From contig JBEBGD010000002.1 in the NCBI GenBank assembly GCA_040081625.1, positions 64,001 through 128,000 of the forward strand: a DNA stretch of 64,000 bases, read 5' to 3'. Below, one piece after another: positions 25,546 through 35,244 of this stretch. The translations under genes and the position numbers were made by a program. The DNA comes from Chthoniobacteraceae bacterium (lineage in GTDB: Bacteria > Verrucomicrobiota > Verrucomicrobiia > Chthoniobacterales > Chthoniobacteraceae). The notes below the pieces were generated by a model that saw nothing but the letters and a program-made list of their open reading frames with translations, was not told the DNA's origin and did not search any database. How positions within the stretch are numbered: the stretch's first letter is position 1; each line of letters starts with the position of its first letter.

Positions 25546-28218
25546 ATGCGCCCCCATCACACACCCGAGCAGCTCCGATTGGATGAAGACGCGAAGCGTG
25601 AAAAGAACTGGAAACGCTGGGGGCCGTATCTCTCCGAGCGGCAGTGGGGCACGGTTCGCGAGGACTACTCGCCCGATGGCGACGCGTGGAATTTCTTCCC
25701 GCACGAGCACGCGCGCTCGCGCGCCTATCGCTGGGGCGAGGACAGCCTGCTCGGCTGGAGCGACCGCGAGTGCCGGATGTGTTTCGGGCTCGCGCTGTGG
25801 AATGGGCGCGACCCGTTTTTGAAGGAGCGGCTCTTCGGGCTGACCAATCCGCAGGGCAACCACGGTGAGGACGTGAAGGAGTGGTATTGGTATCTCGCCT
25901 CGACGCCGACGCACAGCTACGCGCGGGCGCTCTACAAATATCCGCACGCCGAGTTTCCCTACGCGCAGATCATCGAGGAAAACGCGCGTCGCTCGAAGGA
26001 CGAACTCGAGTTCGAGATCGAGAACACCGGCGTCTTTGACGATGAGCGTTACTTCGATGTCTCCGTCGAATACGCGAAGGCGGGGCCGGACGACACGCTC
26101 ATCCGCATCACCGTCGCCAACCGTGGCCCGGAAGCGGCGACGATCCACGTGCTGCCGACGCTGTGGTTTCGCAACGTCTGGTCGTGGGGACCGGGCAAGC
26201 ACCCGAAGCCGCACATGGAGCGCGACGGCGACCAGCGCGTGATCGCGACGCACGCGACGCTCGGGCGGTTTCACTTCGAGAGCGCCGACGCGCGACCGTG
26301 GCTCTTCACCGAGAACGACACGAACCTCGAGAAGCTCTGGCAGTGCCCGAATCAATCGCACTTCGTGAAGGATGCCTTCCACGAATTCGTCGTGAACGGG
26401 AAGCGCGACGCGGTGAATCCCGCGATGCGCGGGACCAAGTGCGCGCCGCACTACGTGCTCGATATTCCCGGTGGCGATGAGCGCGTGATCGAGATGCGCC
26501 TGCGCCACGAGGATTGCGCCACGCACGGCGCATGGGCGGACTTCGACAAGATCTTTCATCAGCGCTCCGCGGAGATGGACGAGTTTTACGCCTCGCGCCT
26601 GCCGGCGAATCTCACCGAGGATCATCGCCGCGTCGTGACGCAGGCCTACGCCGGGCTGCTGTGGTCGAAGCAGTATTACGAATACGTCGTGAAGAACTGG
26701 ATCGAAGGCGATCCCTCGCAGCCCAAGCCGCCGCCCGGGCACGCGAAGTCGCGCAACTTCGAGTGGCTGCACCTCCACAACAGCGACGTGATCTCGATGC
26801 CGGATAAATGGGAATACCCGTGGTATGCGGCGTGGGATCTCGCCTTCCACATGATCCCGTTTTCGCGCATCGACCGCGACTTCGCGAAGGGCCAGCTCCA
26901 GCTTTTCCTGCGCGAGTGGTTCATGCACCCGAACGGGCAAATCCCCGCCTACGAGTGGAACTTCGGCGACGTGAATCCGCCCGTTCACGCGTGGGCCTGC
27001 TGGCGCGCCTACAAGATCAGTGCGCCCGTCGGAAAGCGCGACACGCTCTTCCTCGAGCGCTGTTTTCAAAAACTGCTGCTCAACTTCACGTGGTGGGTCA
27101 ACCGCAAGGATCCGGGCGGCAAAAACATCTTCGGCGGCGGTTTCCTCGGGCTCGACAATATCGGGCTCTTCGACCGCTCCAACCCGCTGCCGGGCGGCCG
27201 CACACTCCAGCAGGCCGACGGCACCGCATGGATGGCCTTCTACTGCGCGACGATGCTCTCGATGGCGCTCGAACTCGCGCGCACGCGGCCCGCTTACGAA
27301 GACATCGCGAGCAAGTTCTTCGAGCACTTCGTCGATATCATCGACGCGATGAACACGCTCGGCGGCGACGGTCTGTGGCATGAAGAAGACGGCTTCTATT
27401 ACGACCAGATCCTCGTCGATGACGGCACCGAGATTCCGCTGCGCGTGCGTTCACTCGTCGGCATCATCCCGCTGCTCGCGGTCGAAGTGCTCGACCAGGA
27501 AACCATCAAGGCGCTGCCCGAGTTCCGGAAACGGATGCGCTGGTTCGTGGACAACCGGCCCGAGCTCGCAAAGCACGTCACCTACATGGAGCGCTGCCCG
27601 AAGCCCGGCGCGCCAGAGGAGGAACTGCGCATCATCGGCATCCCGAGCAAGGAACGGCTCACGCGTGTGCTGCGCTACGTGCTCGATGAAAGCGAATTCC
27701 TCTCGCCCTTTGGCGTGCGCTCGCTGAGCGCGGCGTATCGCAACAATCCCTTCGTTTTGCATCTCGACGGCGCGGAGCATTCGATCTCCTACGAGCCGGG
27801 CGAAAGCCGCACGGGGATGTTCGGCGGCAACTCGAACTGGCGGGGGCCGATCTGGTTCCCGATCAATTACCTGCTCATCGAGGCGCTCGAGAAATACCAC
27901 CACTTCTACCGCGACGACGTGAAGGTCGAATGCCCGACCGGCTCGGGGAACTGGATCAACCTCAAGCAGGTCGCGCTCGAACTCGCCACGCGTCTGTCCC
28001 GCCTCTTCCTGCGGGACAAAGACGGACGCCGCCCGTGCTACGGCGATGACCCGCGCTTCGTCGATAACGCGCACTGGCGCGACCACGTGCAGTTCCACGA
28101 ATACTTCCACGGCGACACCGGTCGCGGTCTCGGCGCCGCGCACCAGACCGGTTGGACCGCGCTGATCACCCGCTGCATCAACATGGCCGCGCGCGAAGAA
28201 GAATTTAGGGGAGGTTGA
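25546..28218 (+). CDS. GH63/MGH1-like glycoside hydrolase
   Basis: WGPYLSERQWGTVREDYS, MPDKWEYPWYAAWDLAFH, NSNWRGPIWFP, HQTGWT. Confidence 0.92.
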   Translation: MRPHHTPEQLRLDEDAKREKNWKRWGPYLSERQWGTVREDYSPDGDAWNFFPHEHARSRAYRWGEDSLLGWSDRECRMCFGLALWNGRDPFLKERLFGLTNPQGNHGEDVKEWYWYLASTPTHSYARALYKYPHAEFPYAQIIEENARRSKDELEFEIENTGVFDDERYFDVSVEYAKAGPDDTLIRITVANRGPEAATIHVLPTLWFRNVWSWGPGKHPKPHMERDGDQRVIATHATLGRFHFESADARPWLFTENDTNLEKLWQCPNQSHFVKDAFHEFVVNGKRDAVNPAMRGTKCAPHYVLDIPGGDERVIEMRLRHEDCATHGAWADFDKIFHQRSAEMDEFYASRLPANLTEDHRRVVTQAYAGLLWSKQYYEYVVKNWIEGDPSQPKPPPGHAKSRNFEWLHLHNSDVISMPDKWEYPWYAAWDLAFHMIPFSRIDRDFAKGQLQLFLREWFMHPNGQIPAYEWNFGDVNPPVHAWACWRAYKISAPVGKRDTLFLERCFQKLLLNFTWWVNRKDPGGKNIFGGGFLGLDNIGLFDRSNPLPGGRTLQQADGTAWMAFYCATMLSMALELARTRPAYEDIASKFFEHFVDIIDAMNTLGGDGLWHEEDGFYYDQILVDDGTEIPLRVRSLVGIIPLLAVEVLDQETIKALPEFRKRMRWFVDNRPELAKHVTYMERCPKPGAPEEELRIIGIPSKERLTRVLRYVLDESEFLSPFGVRSLSAAYRNNPFVLHLDGAEHSISYEPGESRTGMFGGNSNWRGPIWFPINYLLIEALEKYHHFYRDDVKVECPTGSGNWINLKQVALELATRLSRLFLRDKDGRRPCYGDDPRFVDNAHWRDHVQFHEYFHGDTGRGLGAAHQTGWTALITRCINMAAREEEFRGG

Positions 28219-28257
28219 AACACTTCTTCGCCGTGGTTGTCGCCGCGCTGGGGGCCG

Positions 28258-30762
28258 TCAATTCGCGCCGCGCTCGCGGAGAAACGCGAGCAGGTCGCGG
28301 ATCTCGCGGTCGGTCAGCATCGTGAGCAAGCCGGGCGGCATGACCGACGTCTGAAGCTCCGTGCGGCTGACCACTTCTGCGCGGTTGATCTGGCGCTCCG
28401 TGCCCGTGAGGTCGCGGAAGACCGCGGTAGCCCCGCCGCCGTCGCGCAGCGGGATGCCGACGAAGGTCGAGCCATCCTTCATCTCCAGAGCAGTGGCGTA
28501 GAACTGCGGCGCCACGTCGCGGCTCGGATCGAGGATCGCCTGGAGCAGCCACGCTTCATCGTTCTGCCCGCCGATCGCCGTGAGGTCCGGGCCCACGATG
28601 CTGCCGCGTCCGCTGCGCTGGTGGCAGTTCGAGCACTGTGCGATGCGCGGGTTGAAAAAGATGCGCTCGCCGGCTTCGGGGTCGGGCTTGGTCTTCTGCT
28701 GTGAGAGGAGTTGTTGCCACTTCGCGATGTCGTCCAGCGGCGGGCGCGTCGGCGGGGTGGAGATCGCGGCGACGAGATCGGCGGACGCGGGGAACTTCTT
28801 CGCCGTCTCGCGGAGCTTCGCTTTCTGCTCGTCGGTCAGCGTGCTGATGCGAAGCGCGCGCAACGCTTCCTCGCGGATGGTCGCGTCGGCGTTCGCGCTC
28901 AACTTGATGAGCAGCGGGATGTCATTCAGTCCGGTGGTCGCTTCCGCGCGCAGCCGCGGCGGGCGCGATTCGTTGCCGGCGATTTCCGCGAGCGCGGATT
29001 CGTCGCCGGTCCGCGCGATCGCGCGCACGGCTTCGATCGCCAGATCGTCGTCCTTCAAGTCGAGCAAGCCGCGCAGGAAGTTGGTGGTGAGTTGTTTCGG
29101 CTTCGCGCGCAGCAGGCGCAGCGCGAACGCGCGCACGCGCGGCGGTGAGCCGGCGTCGCGAACGCGCTCGAGCAGCATCGCGGGATTGTCCACGCCGGCG
29201 CGCGGGTTGTCGTTCAGCGTGTTCAGCGCGGCGAGGCAGGCTTCGAAGCCGCGGTAGTCGAGATTGGACGCGCGCAGCTTCGCTTCGACCAGCGGCAGCA
29301 GCGCGGTCAGGCGTTCGTCGGCGATCCAGCGGAGCGCCTCGAACTGCAAATCGCCGCTCGCGTCGGCGAGGAAGATGCGCGGCCAGTTCTCGTCCTTCGG
29401 CTGCGCGAGCTTGAGTGCGATGCACGCGGTGACGCGATCGCGCACGCTCATCTTCGCGATGCGACCGCTCCACGCTGCCGCGTCCCGCGCGAGCGCGAGC
29501 AGGGCGTAGCGCGCGAGGAATGGATCGTTCCCGCGCGCAGTCGCGAAGTTTTCATCGACGCTCCCGGCCTTCGCCCGCGGCGGCGTTTCGGGTGCGGCGG
29601 GCGCGATCCACTCGCGCGCGGCGACGGGATCGATCTCCAGCTTCCACACGCGGCCGCGCTGATGGATCGGATACGAGCCGAAGACCCAGTCGGCGAAATA
29701 ATAGACGCTCCCGGAGACGCGGGCGACGCAGGTCGGGCGGAAGAATTCGCTGCCGCGGACGATCGGCACGCGCGCGGAGGTGTAGCTCGCGCCGCGGACT
29801 TGAAGCGGAAAGAAGTCGATGCGGTGATCGGTCCACGACGACGCGAGGAGTCCGCCGCCGAGCGGTTGCAGACCGCACGGCGCTTCGCCGCTCGGGCAGA
29901 TCATCGGCAGCGTGCCGCGCAATTCGCCATTCCAGCAGACGAAGGGATGCGACGGGGATTCGCCGTAGATGCGCTGGTAGCCGTAGTCGCCGCCTTCGAC
30001 GATGTGCAGCAGGCGGCATGGCGGGCGGCTGCCGGGATCGTTTTCGGCTGCGAAGATTTCGCCGTCGGCGCGGACGCACAGGCCGAACGGGTTCCAGAAT
30101 CCGACGGCGATCTTGCGGAGGTTCGCGCCGTCGGCGGTGCAGCGGAAGATGCCGCCGCCCGCGCCTTCGCCGCGCAGTGTGACGCCGTCCGTGCCGACGA
30201 GATCCCACTGCTTCCACATGTTTTCGCCGAGCGAGATGACGAGGTCGCCGGACGGATGCCATGCGAGGCCGGAGAGGCCGTTGTGCGGATAAGTCTCGGT
30301 GGTTTTCAGCACGGCGATGTTCTCCTCACGGTCGCCGCGGCCGTCGCCGTCGGTGTCCTTCACGCGCAGGATGCGGCTGCGTTCGGCGAGATAAACCCAG
30401 CCGTCCGGTCCGAGCACGAGGCCCATCGTGTCCTTGGTGCGGTCGTAGAAAAGCGTGCGTGTTTGCGCGCGGCCGTCTGCATCGGGATTCGAGAGAACCA
30501 CGATCTCGTCGTGCTCCGGGCCGGGATAATCCGCGGGCCGGAAATGGGTGTGCGAGGCGGCGACCCACACGCGGCCCTGCTTGTCCACATCGATGCCGGT
30601 CGGTGTGACGATCTGCGGATCCTCGGCGACGAGCGTGAGCTTCACGCCCGGCTTGAGGAGTTGAATTTTCGGCGGGCAGTCGGCGGGCACGACCGGCATC
30701 GCCGGCGGCGGTGCGGCGAAGGCGCTGATCCCGCCGAGCGCGAGCAGCGCCAGGCGGTTCAT
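28258..30762 (-). CDS. PVC-type heme-binding (CxxCH) dehydrogenase-like protein
   Basis: Signal peptide from ATG 30762, beta-propeller (DTDGDGRGD, GFWNPFG), HEAT-like repeats, CSNCH...GPDLT...MPPGL. Confidence 0.88.
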   Translation of the reverse strand: MNRLALLALGGISAFAAPPPAMPVVPADCPPKIQLLKPGVKLTLVAEDPQIVTPTGIDVDKQGRVWVAASHTHFRPADYPGPEHDEIVVLSNPDADGRAQTRTLFYDRTKDTMGLVLGPDGWVYLAERSRILRVKDTDGDGRGDREENIAVLKTTETYPHNGLSGLAWHPSGDLVISLGENMWKQWDLVGTDGVTLRGEGAGGGIFRCTADGANLRKIAVGFWNPFGLCVRADGEIFAAENDPGSRPPCRLLHIVEGGDYGYQRIYGESPSHPFVCWNGELRGTLPMICPSGEAPCGLQPLGGGLLASSWTDHRIDFFPLQVRGASYTSARVPIVRGSEFFRPTCVARVSGSVYYFADWVFGSYPIHQRGRVWKLEIDPVAAREWIAPAAPETPPRAKAGSVDENFATARGNDPFLARYALLALARDAAAWSGRIAKMSVRDRVTACIALKLAQPKDENWPRIFLADASGDLQFEALRWIADERLTALLPLVEAKLRASNLDYRGFEACLAALNTLNDNPRAGVDNPAMLLERVRDAGSPPRVRAFALRLLRAKPKQLTTNFLRGLLDLKDDDLAIEAVRAIARTGDESALAEIAGNESRPPRLRAEATTGLNDIPLLIKLSANADATIREEALRALRISTLTDEQKAKLRETAKKFPASADLVAAISTPPTRPPLDDIAKWQQLLSQQKTKPDPEAGERIFFNPRIAQCSNCHQRSGRGSIVGPDLTAIGGQNDEAWLLQAILDPSRDVAPQFYATALEMKDGSTFVGIPLRDGGGATAVFRDLTGTERQINRAEVVSRTELQTSVMPPGLLTMLTDREIRDLLAFLRERGAN

Positions 30763-31106
30763 CGTCCGCTGCGGGCGTTTTCCTTTTGGCGGGCGATCTT
30801 GGTGCGGCGCTTGTCGGTGAGCTTGGTCTTCCGCTTGCGGAGTTGGCGCGCAAGTTTGTCGCCGGCGAGATCGAGCGCGGCGTGGAGGGTCTCGGCGGTG
30901 ACGTCGGCGTGCACGTCCTTTCCGGGGACTGCGAGGTGCGCCTTCACGCCAAAGCGATGCACGGGCTTGGCGGCTTCGTCGTGATAGACCACGAGATGCA
31001 CGGCGATGAGGTCGGCGAGGTCTTCGAGCGCAGCGACGACGCCAGCAGCGTGAACGTGGATGGACGGGCTCAGGGTGAGATTGCGCGGGCTGAGGTGTAA
31101 TTGCAT
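30759..31106 (-). CDS. hpf: Ribosome hibernation promoting factor (HPF/RaiA)
   Basis: RNLTLSPSI...HLAVPGKDVHA...LHAALDLAGDKLARQLRKRKTK. Confidence 0.88.
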   Translation of the reverse strand: MQLHLSPRNLTLSPSIHVHAAGVVAALEDLADLIAVHLVVYHDEAAKPVHRFGVKAHLAVPGKDVHADVTAETLHAALDLAGDKLARQLRKRKTKLTDKRRTKIARQKENARSGR

Positions 31107-31230
31107 AACCCTGCGTTAAGGGACACGCGGCCTGATCGCAAGTGGCGCGGCGCGGCAGAAAATCCGTTGACGCTCGATTTGCCCCGCCCATGCTGCGCGC
31201 CCCGCCGCCCCGGAGCGGGATCATTTACAT

Positions 31231-32406
31231 ATGGCAGAAGACCTTTCCTACGTTCTCGTCACGCCGCACACCCTTCGCAAGAGCCGCACCGGCGGCATCC
31301 TCGCGCGGCTGATCTCGCGCACGGGGCTCGACCTCGTGGCGGCGCGGATGTTTGCGCCGGGCAAGGAACTGGTCGAGCGCTACGCGGCGCAGATCGTGAC
31401 CGACGAGGACGATCCGCGGCATCGAGCGACACAGGAGCTGATCCGCAAATACGTGCTCGAGAAATTCATGCCGCCTGCGCAGGGCTCGAAGCCGCGCGTG
31501 CTGCTGCTCGTCTTCAAGGGCGAGGATGCGGTCGCGAAGATCCGCGGCACGGTCGGGCACATCGTGAATGAACGCACGAGCGGCGAGACGATCCGCGACA
31601 CGTATGGCGATTACACGATCGATGCACACGAGAACGTGACCTACTTCGAGCCCGCGGTGCTCGCGCCGCCGGATGACGCATGCGCCGAGCGCGACCTGCG
31701 GTTGTGGGCGGAGTATTCGGACACGGACGGCGGCCTGCTCGAAGGCGCCGTCGAGTTTCCTGCAGGCTCGAAAGTCGAGAAGACGCTCGTGCTCATCAAG
31801 CCGGACAACTTCCGCTTCGCGAGCGCACGGCCCGGCGGTGTCATCGATCTTTTCTCCCGCACCGGCCTCTACATCGTCGCGTGCAAGGTCCACCGGATGA
31901 GCGTCGCGCAAGCCGAGGAATTCTACGGCCCCGTGCTCGACGTGCTCCAGGACAAGCTGCGCGGTCGCACCGGCGAGACGGTGCGCAAGCTCGTCGAGGT
32001 CGAGTTCGGATTTCCGATCGCGCCCGAGATCGAGACGAAGCTGGGCGATCTCCTCGGCCCGGTCGTCGGCCGCGAGAACTGGGAGCAGATCGTCGGGTTC
32101 ATGTGCGGGCTCAAGCCGGGCGATTGCCCCGCGGAGAAGCGCCACGATGCCGGCAGCGAGAAGTGCATCGCGCTTTGCTACCAGGGCGTCGATGCCGTGC
32201 GCAAAATCCGCGAGGTCCTCGGGCCGACCGATCCGAGCAAGGCGCCGGCGGGCACGATCCGGCGCGAGTTTGGCTCCACGATCATGGTCAACGCCGCGCA
32301 CGCGAGCGACTCGCCGGACAATGCGCAACGCGAGATGGGCATCGTAAAAATCGCCGAGAACAACCTGCGCTCGCTGATCGAGAGCTGGTATGCCGCAAAA
32401 AAGTGA
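31231..32406 (+). CDS. ndk: Nucleoside diphosphate kinase with two tandem NDK domains
   Basis: Second domain KTLVLIKPD...GPTDP...GTIR...NAAHASDS; the first domain is a degenerate copy. Confidence 0.88.
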   Translation: MAEDLSYVLVTPHTLRKSRTGGILARLISRTGLDLVAARMFAPGKELVERYAAQIVTDEDDPRHRATQELIRKYVLEKFMPPAQGSKPRVLLLVFKGEDAVAKIRGTVGHIVNERTSGETIRDTYGDYTIDAHENVTYFEPAVLAPPDDACAERDLRLWAEYSDTDGGLLEGAVEFPAGSKVEKTLVLIKPDNFRFASARPGGVIDLFSRTGLYIVACKVHRMSVAQAEEFYGPVLDVLQDKLRGRTGETVRKLVEVEFGFPIAPEIETKLGDLLGPVVGRENWEQIVGFMCGLKPGDCPAEKRHDAGSEKCIALCYQGVDAVRKIREVLGPTDPSKAPAGTIRREFGSTIMVNAAHASDSPDNAQREMGIVKIAENNLRSLIESWYAAKK

Positions 32407-32493
32407 CGGCACGCGGAGCTTGCACTCACGCGCCGCTGCTCTAGTCCATTCCCCCGCATTTTCCAAAAACCAAAGACATTGACCACCAACGCC

Positions 32494-33654
32494 ATGCTCG
32501 CCGAACGCGCCACCATCCTCACTCCGTCCCTCACGCTCTCGATCGACAGCAAAGCCAAGGCGATGAAAGCCGAAGGCATCGATGTGTGCAGCTTCGGCGC
32601 CGGTGAGCCTGACTTCGACACGCCCGCGCACATCAAGGCCGCAGCGGTGGCCGCGATCGAGGAAGGCTTCACCAAATACACGCCCTCGAGCGGCACGCCC
32701 GAGCTGCGCCAGGCCATCAGCGACAAGTTCAAGGCCGACAACAATCTCGACTACAAGCCCTCGCAGATCATCGTGAGCTGCGGCGCGAAGCACTCGTGCA
32801 TCAACGCCATCCTCGCCACGGTGCAGCCGGGCGACGAAGTCATCATCCCGGCGCCCTACTGGCTCTCGTATCCGGAAATGGTGCGCATCGCCGGTGGTGA
32901 CCCCGTCGTCGTTCAGACCAAGCAGGAGAACGGTTGGAAGATGACGCCCGACGAATTCCAGGACGCGATGACGCCGCGCACGAAGATGGTGATCATCAAC
33001 TCGCCGGGCAATCCGACCGGCGCGGTCTATACGCGCGACGAACTGGCGGCGCTCGTCGAAGTCGCGCTGGGCGAAGACATCCTGATGCTCAGCGACGAGA
33101 TCTACGAGAAGCTCACCTACGACGACGTAAAGCACACGAGCCTCGCGTCGATCTCGCCGGAAGCCTACGCGCTGACGATCACGGTGAACGGATTTTCCAA
33201 GAGCTACTCGATGACCGGCTGGCGGCTCGGCTACCTCGGTGCGCCCGAGCCGATCGCGAAAGCCATCGACGCGATCCAGAGCCACAGCACGTCGAACCCG
33301 ACGAGCTTTGCGCAAAAGGGCGGCCTCGCGGCGCTCAAGGGCGACCAGTCGGCGGTCGAGGACATGCGCGCGGAGTTCGACATGCGCCGGCAATACATGG
33401 TCGGCCGCCTGCAGTCGATCGATCGCGTGAGCGTGGTCATGCCGCAGGGCGCCTTCTACGTGCTCGCGAACATCAGCCAGCTCGGCCTCAGCTCGACGAA
33501 TTTCGCCGACCGTCTGCTCAGCAAGCATCACGTCGCGGTCGTGCCCGGCGTCGCTTTCGGCCACGATGGCACCGTGCGTTTCAGCTACGCGACCAGCCTC
33601 GACATCATCAAGAAGGGCCTGGATCGGTTCGAGGAATTCTGCCGCACGCTGTAG
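32494..33654 (+). CDS. aspC: PLP-dependent class I/II aminotransferase (aspartate aminotransferase-like)
   Basis: GEPDFDTP, NSPGNPTG, SDEIY, GFSKSYSMTGWRLGY. Confidence 0.9.
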   Translation: MLAERATILTPSLTLSIDSKAKAMKAEGIDVCSFGAGEPDFDTPAHIKAAAVAAIEEGFTKYTPSSGTPELRQAISDKFKADNNLDYKPSQIIVSCGAKHSCINAILATVQPGDEVIIPAPYWLSYPEMVRIAGGDPVVVQTKQENGWKMTPDEFQDAMTPRTKMVIINSPGNPTGAVYTRDELAALVEVALGEDILMLSDEIYEKLTYDDVKHTSLASISPEAYALTITVNGFSKSYSMTGWRLGYLGAPEPIAKAIDAIQSHSTSNPTSFAQKGGLAALKGDQSAVEDMRAEFDMRRQYMVGRLQSIDRVSVVMPQGAFYVLANISQLGLSSTNFADRLLSKHHVAVVPGVAFGHDGTVRFSYATSLDIIKKGLDRFEEFCRTL

Positions 33655-33758
33655 AGCGGAGTTAGAAAAGACGGGATCGCGGTGCGTCGGTGCGTCGGCG
33701 CGATGAGCCGGCGGCCGCTTCATGGCGCCGCCATGCGGGGGCGCCTTCGCCACGACAA

Positions 33759-33790
33759 GGTGTAGTTTCAAAACGCCGTGCCCGCTGGTA
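33759..33790 (+). promoter_or_regulatory. Conserved upstream motif, copy 1
   Basis: GGTGTAGTTTCAAAA-N10-GCTGGTA ending 11 nt before the first sulfatase ATG; similar copy at 50706-50737. Confidence 0.55.
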
Positions 33791-33801
33791 TTCCCTCCCG
33801 A

Positions 33802-35244
33802 ATGAAATCCCCCGTCGCTTTCCTCGTCGCGTTGTTCGTCGCCTTTTTCGGACGCGACTTTGCCGCCGGGGCGGCGAAGCCGAACATCGTCATCATCCTC
33901 GCCGACGACCTCGGCTACGGCGATCTCGCGGGCTACGGCCATCCGAAGTTCAAGACGCCGCATCTCGACCGCATGGCGGCGGAAGGCGCGAAGCTCACGC
34001 AGTTCAACACTCCCGCGCCGTTCTGCGCGCCGACCCGCGCGGCGCTGCTCACGGGGCGCTATCCCTTCCGCTGCGGCATGACTTCCAACCCCGCGCCCGA
34101 CGGGGGCCCGGATGCGGACGCGCTGCACCTCCCGGCGAGCGAAGTCACGCTCGCGCAGCTCCTCAAGAAGGCCGGCTACGCGACGGGAATGATCGGCAAG
34201 TGGCACCTCGGCCACGCGAAGCCCGAGTGGCTGCCGACGCATCGCGGCTTCGATGAATACTTCGGCATCCCTTACTCGAACGATATGCGCCCGGTGCAGC
34301 ACTACGAGGGCGACAAGTCCGTCGAGTATCCGGTCGTCCAGGCGAACCTCACCAAGCGCTACACGGCGCGCGCGGTCAATTTCATCGAGCGAAACAAGGC
34401 GCGCCCCTTCTTCCTCTATCTCCCGCACCCGATGCCGCACAAACCGCTCGCGGCCTCGGAGGACTTCTACAAAAAAAGCGGCGACGGACTTTACGCCGAC
34501 ACCGTGGCGGAACTCGACTGGGGCGTCGGCCAGGTGCTCGCAAAGCTCAAGGCGCTCGGCCTCGACGAGAACACGCTCGTCATGTTCACGAGCGACAACG
34601 GCGCGTGGTTCGGCGGCAGCACCGGCGGGCTGCGCGGCATGAAGGGCAGCAGCTTCGAGGGCGGCTACCGCGTGCCGTGCATCGCGCGCTGGCCGGGGAG
34701 AATCCCCGCCGCCCACACGAGCGCGCAGCCCGCGGTGATGATGGATCTTTTCGCCACCGCGCTCAAAGCCGCGAACGTCGAGCCGCCGAAGAATCGCGTG
34801 ATCGACGGTCGCGACATCATGCCGCTCTTCACCTCCGGCGCGAAAAGCCCGCACGACGTGATCCTCGGCGCGCAGGGAGCGAACCTCGCGACCGTGCGCG
34901 ACGCGCGGTGGAAGCTGCACGTGCTGGCCGGGCGCGATGGGTTCAAGGGCTTCGACAAACCCGGCGAGCGCTGGATCGATCCGCGCGGCCCGGACGGCGT
35001 CACGATCATCGCGCCCTACGAGCAATCGCAGCCGAGCGAGCATCCCGGCCTGCGCACCGGCGACGAACCGAAGCCGATGCAGCTCTTCGATCTCCAGGCC
35101 GATCCCGGCGAGCAGCGCAACGTCGCCGCGCAGCACCCGGACGTCGTCGAGCGGCTAAGGAAAGCCTTCGACGCCATCAACGCGCAACCGCGCGAGCACC
35201 CGACGCAATCCCCGGCGCGGCAGAATCCGAAAGCCGCGAAATGA
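33802..35244 (+). CDS. Cys-type (formylglycine) sulfatase
   Basis: Signal peptide, PNIVIILADDLG, CAPTR, GKWHLG, SDNG. Confidence 0.95.
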   Translation: MKSPVAFLVALFVAFFGRDFAAGAAKPNIVIILADDLGYGDLAGYGHPKFKTPHLDRMAAEGAKLTQFNTPAPFCAPTRAALLTGRYPFRCGMTSNPAPDGGPDADALHLPASEVTLAQLLKKAGYATGMIGKWHLGHAKPEWLPTHRGFDEYFGIPYSNDMRPVQHYEGDKSVEYPVVQANLTKRYTARAVNFIERNKARPFFLYLPHPMPHKPLAASEDFYKKSGDGLYADTVAELDWGVGQVLAKLKALGLDENTLVMFTSDNGAWFGGSTGGLRGMKGSSFEGGYRVPCIARWPGRIPAAHTSAQPAVMMDLFATALKAANVEPPKNRVIDGRDIMPLFTSGAKSPHDVILGAQGANLATVRDARWKLHVLAGRDGFKGFDKPGERWIDPRGPDGVTIIAPYEQSQPSEHPGLRTGDEPKPMQLFDLQADPGEQRNVAAQHPDVVERLRKAFDAINAQPREHPTQSPARQNPKAAK

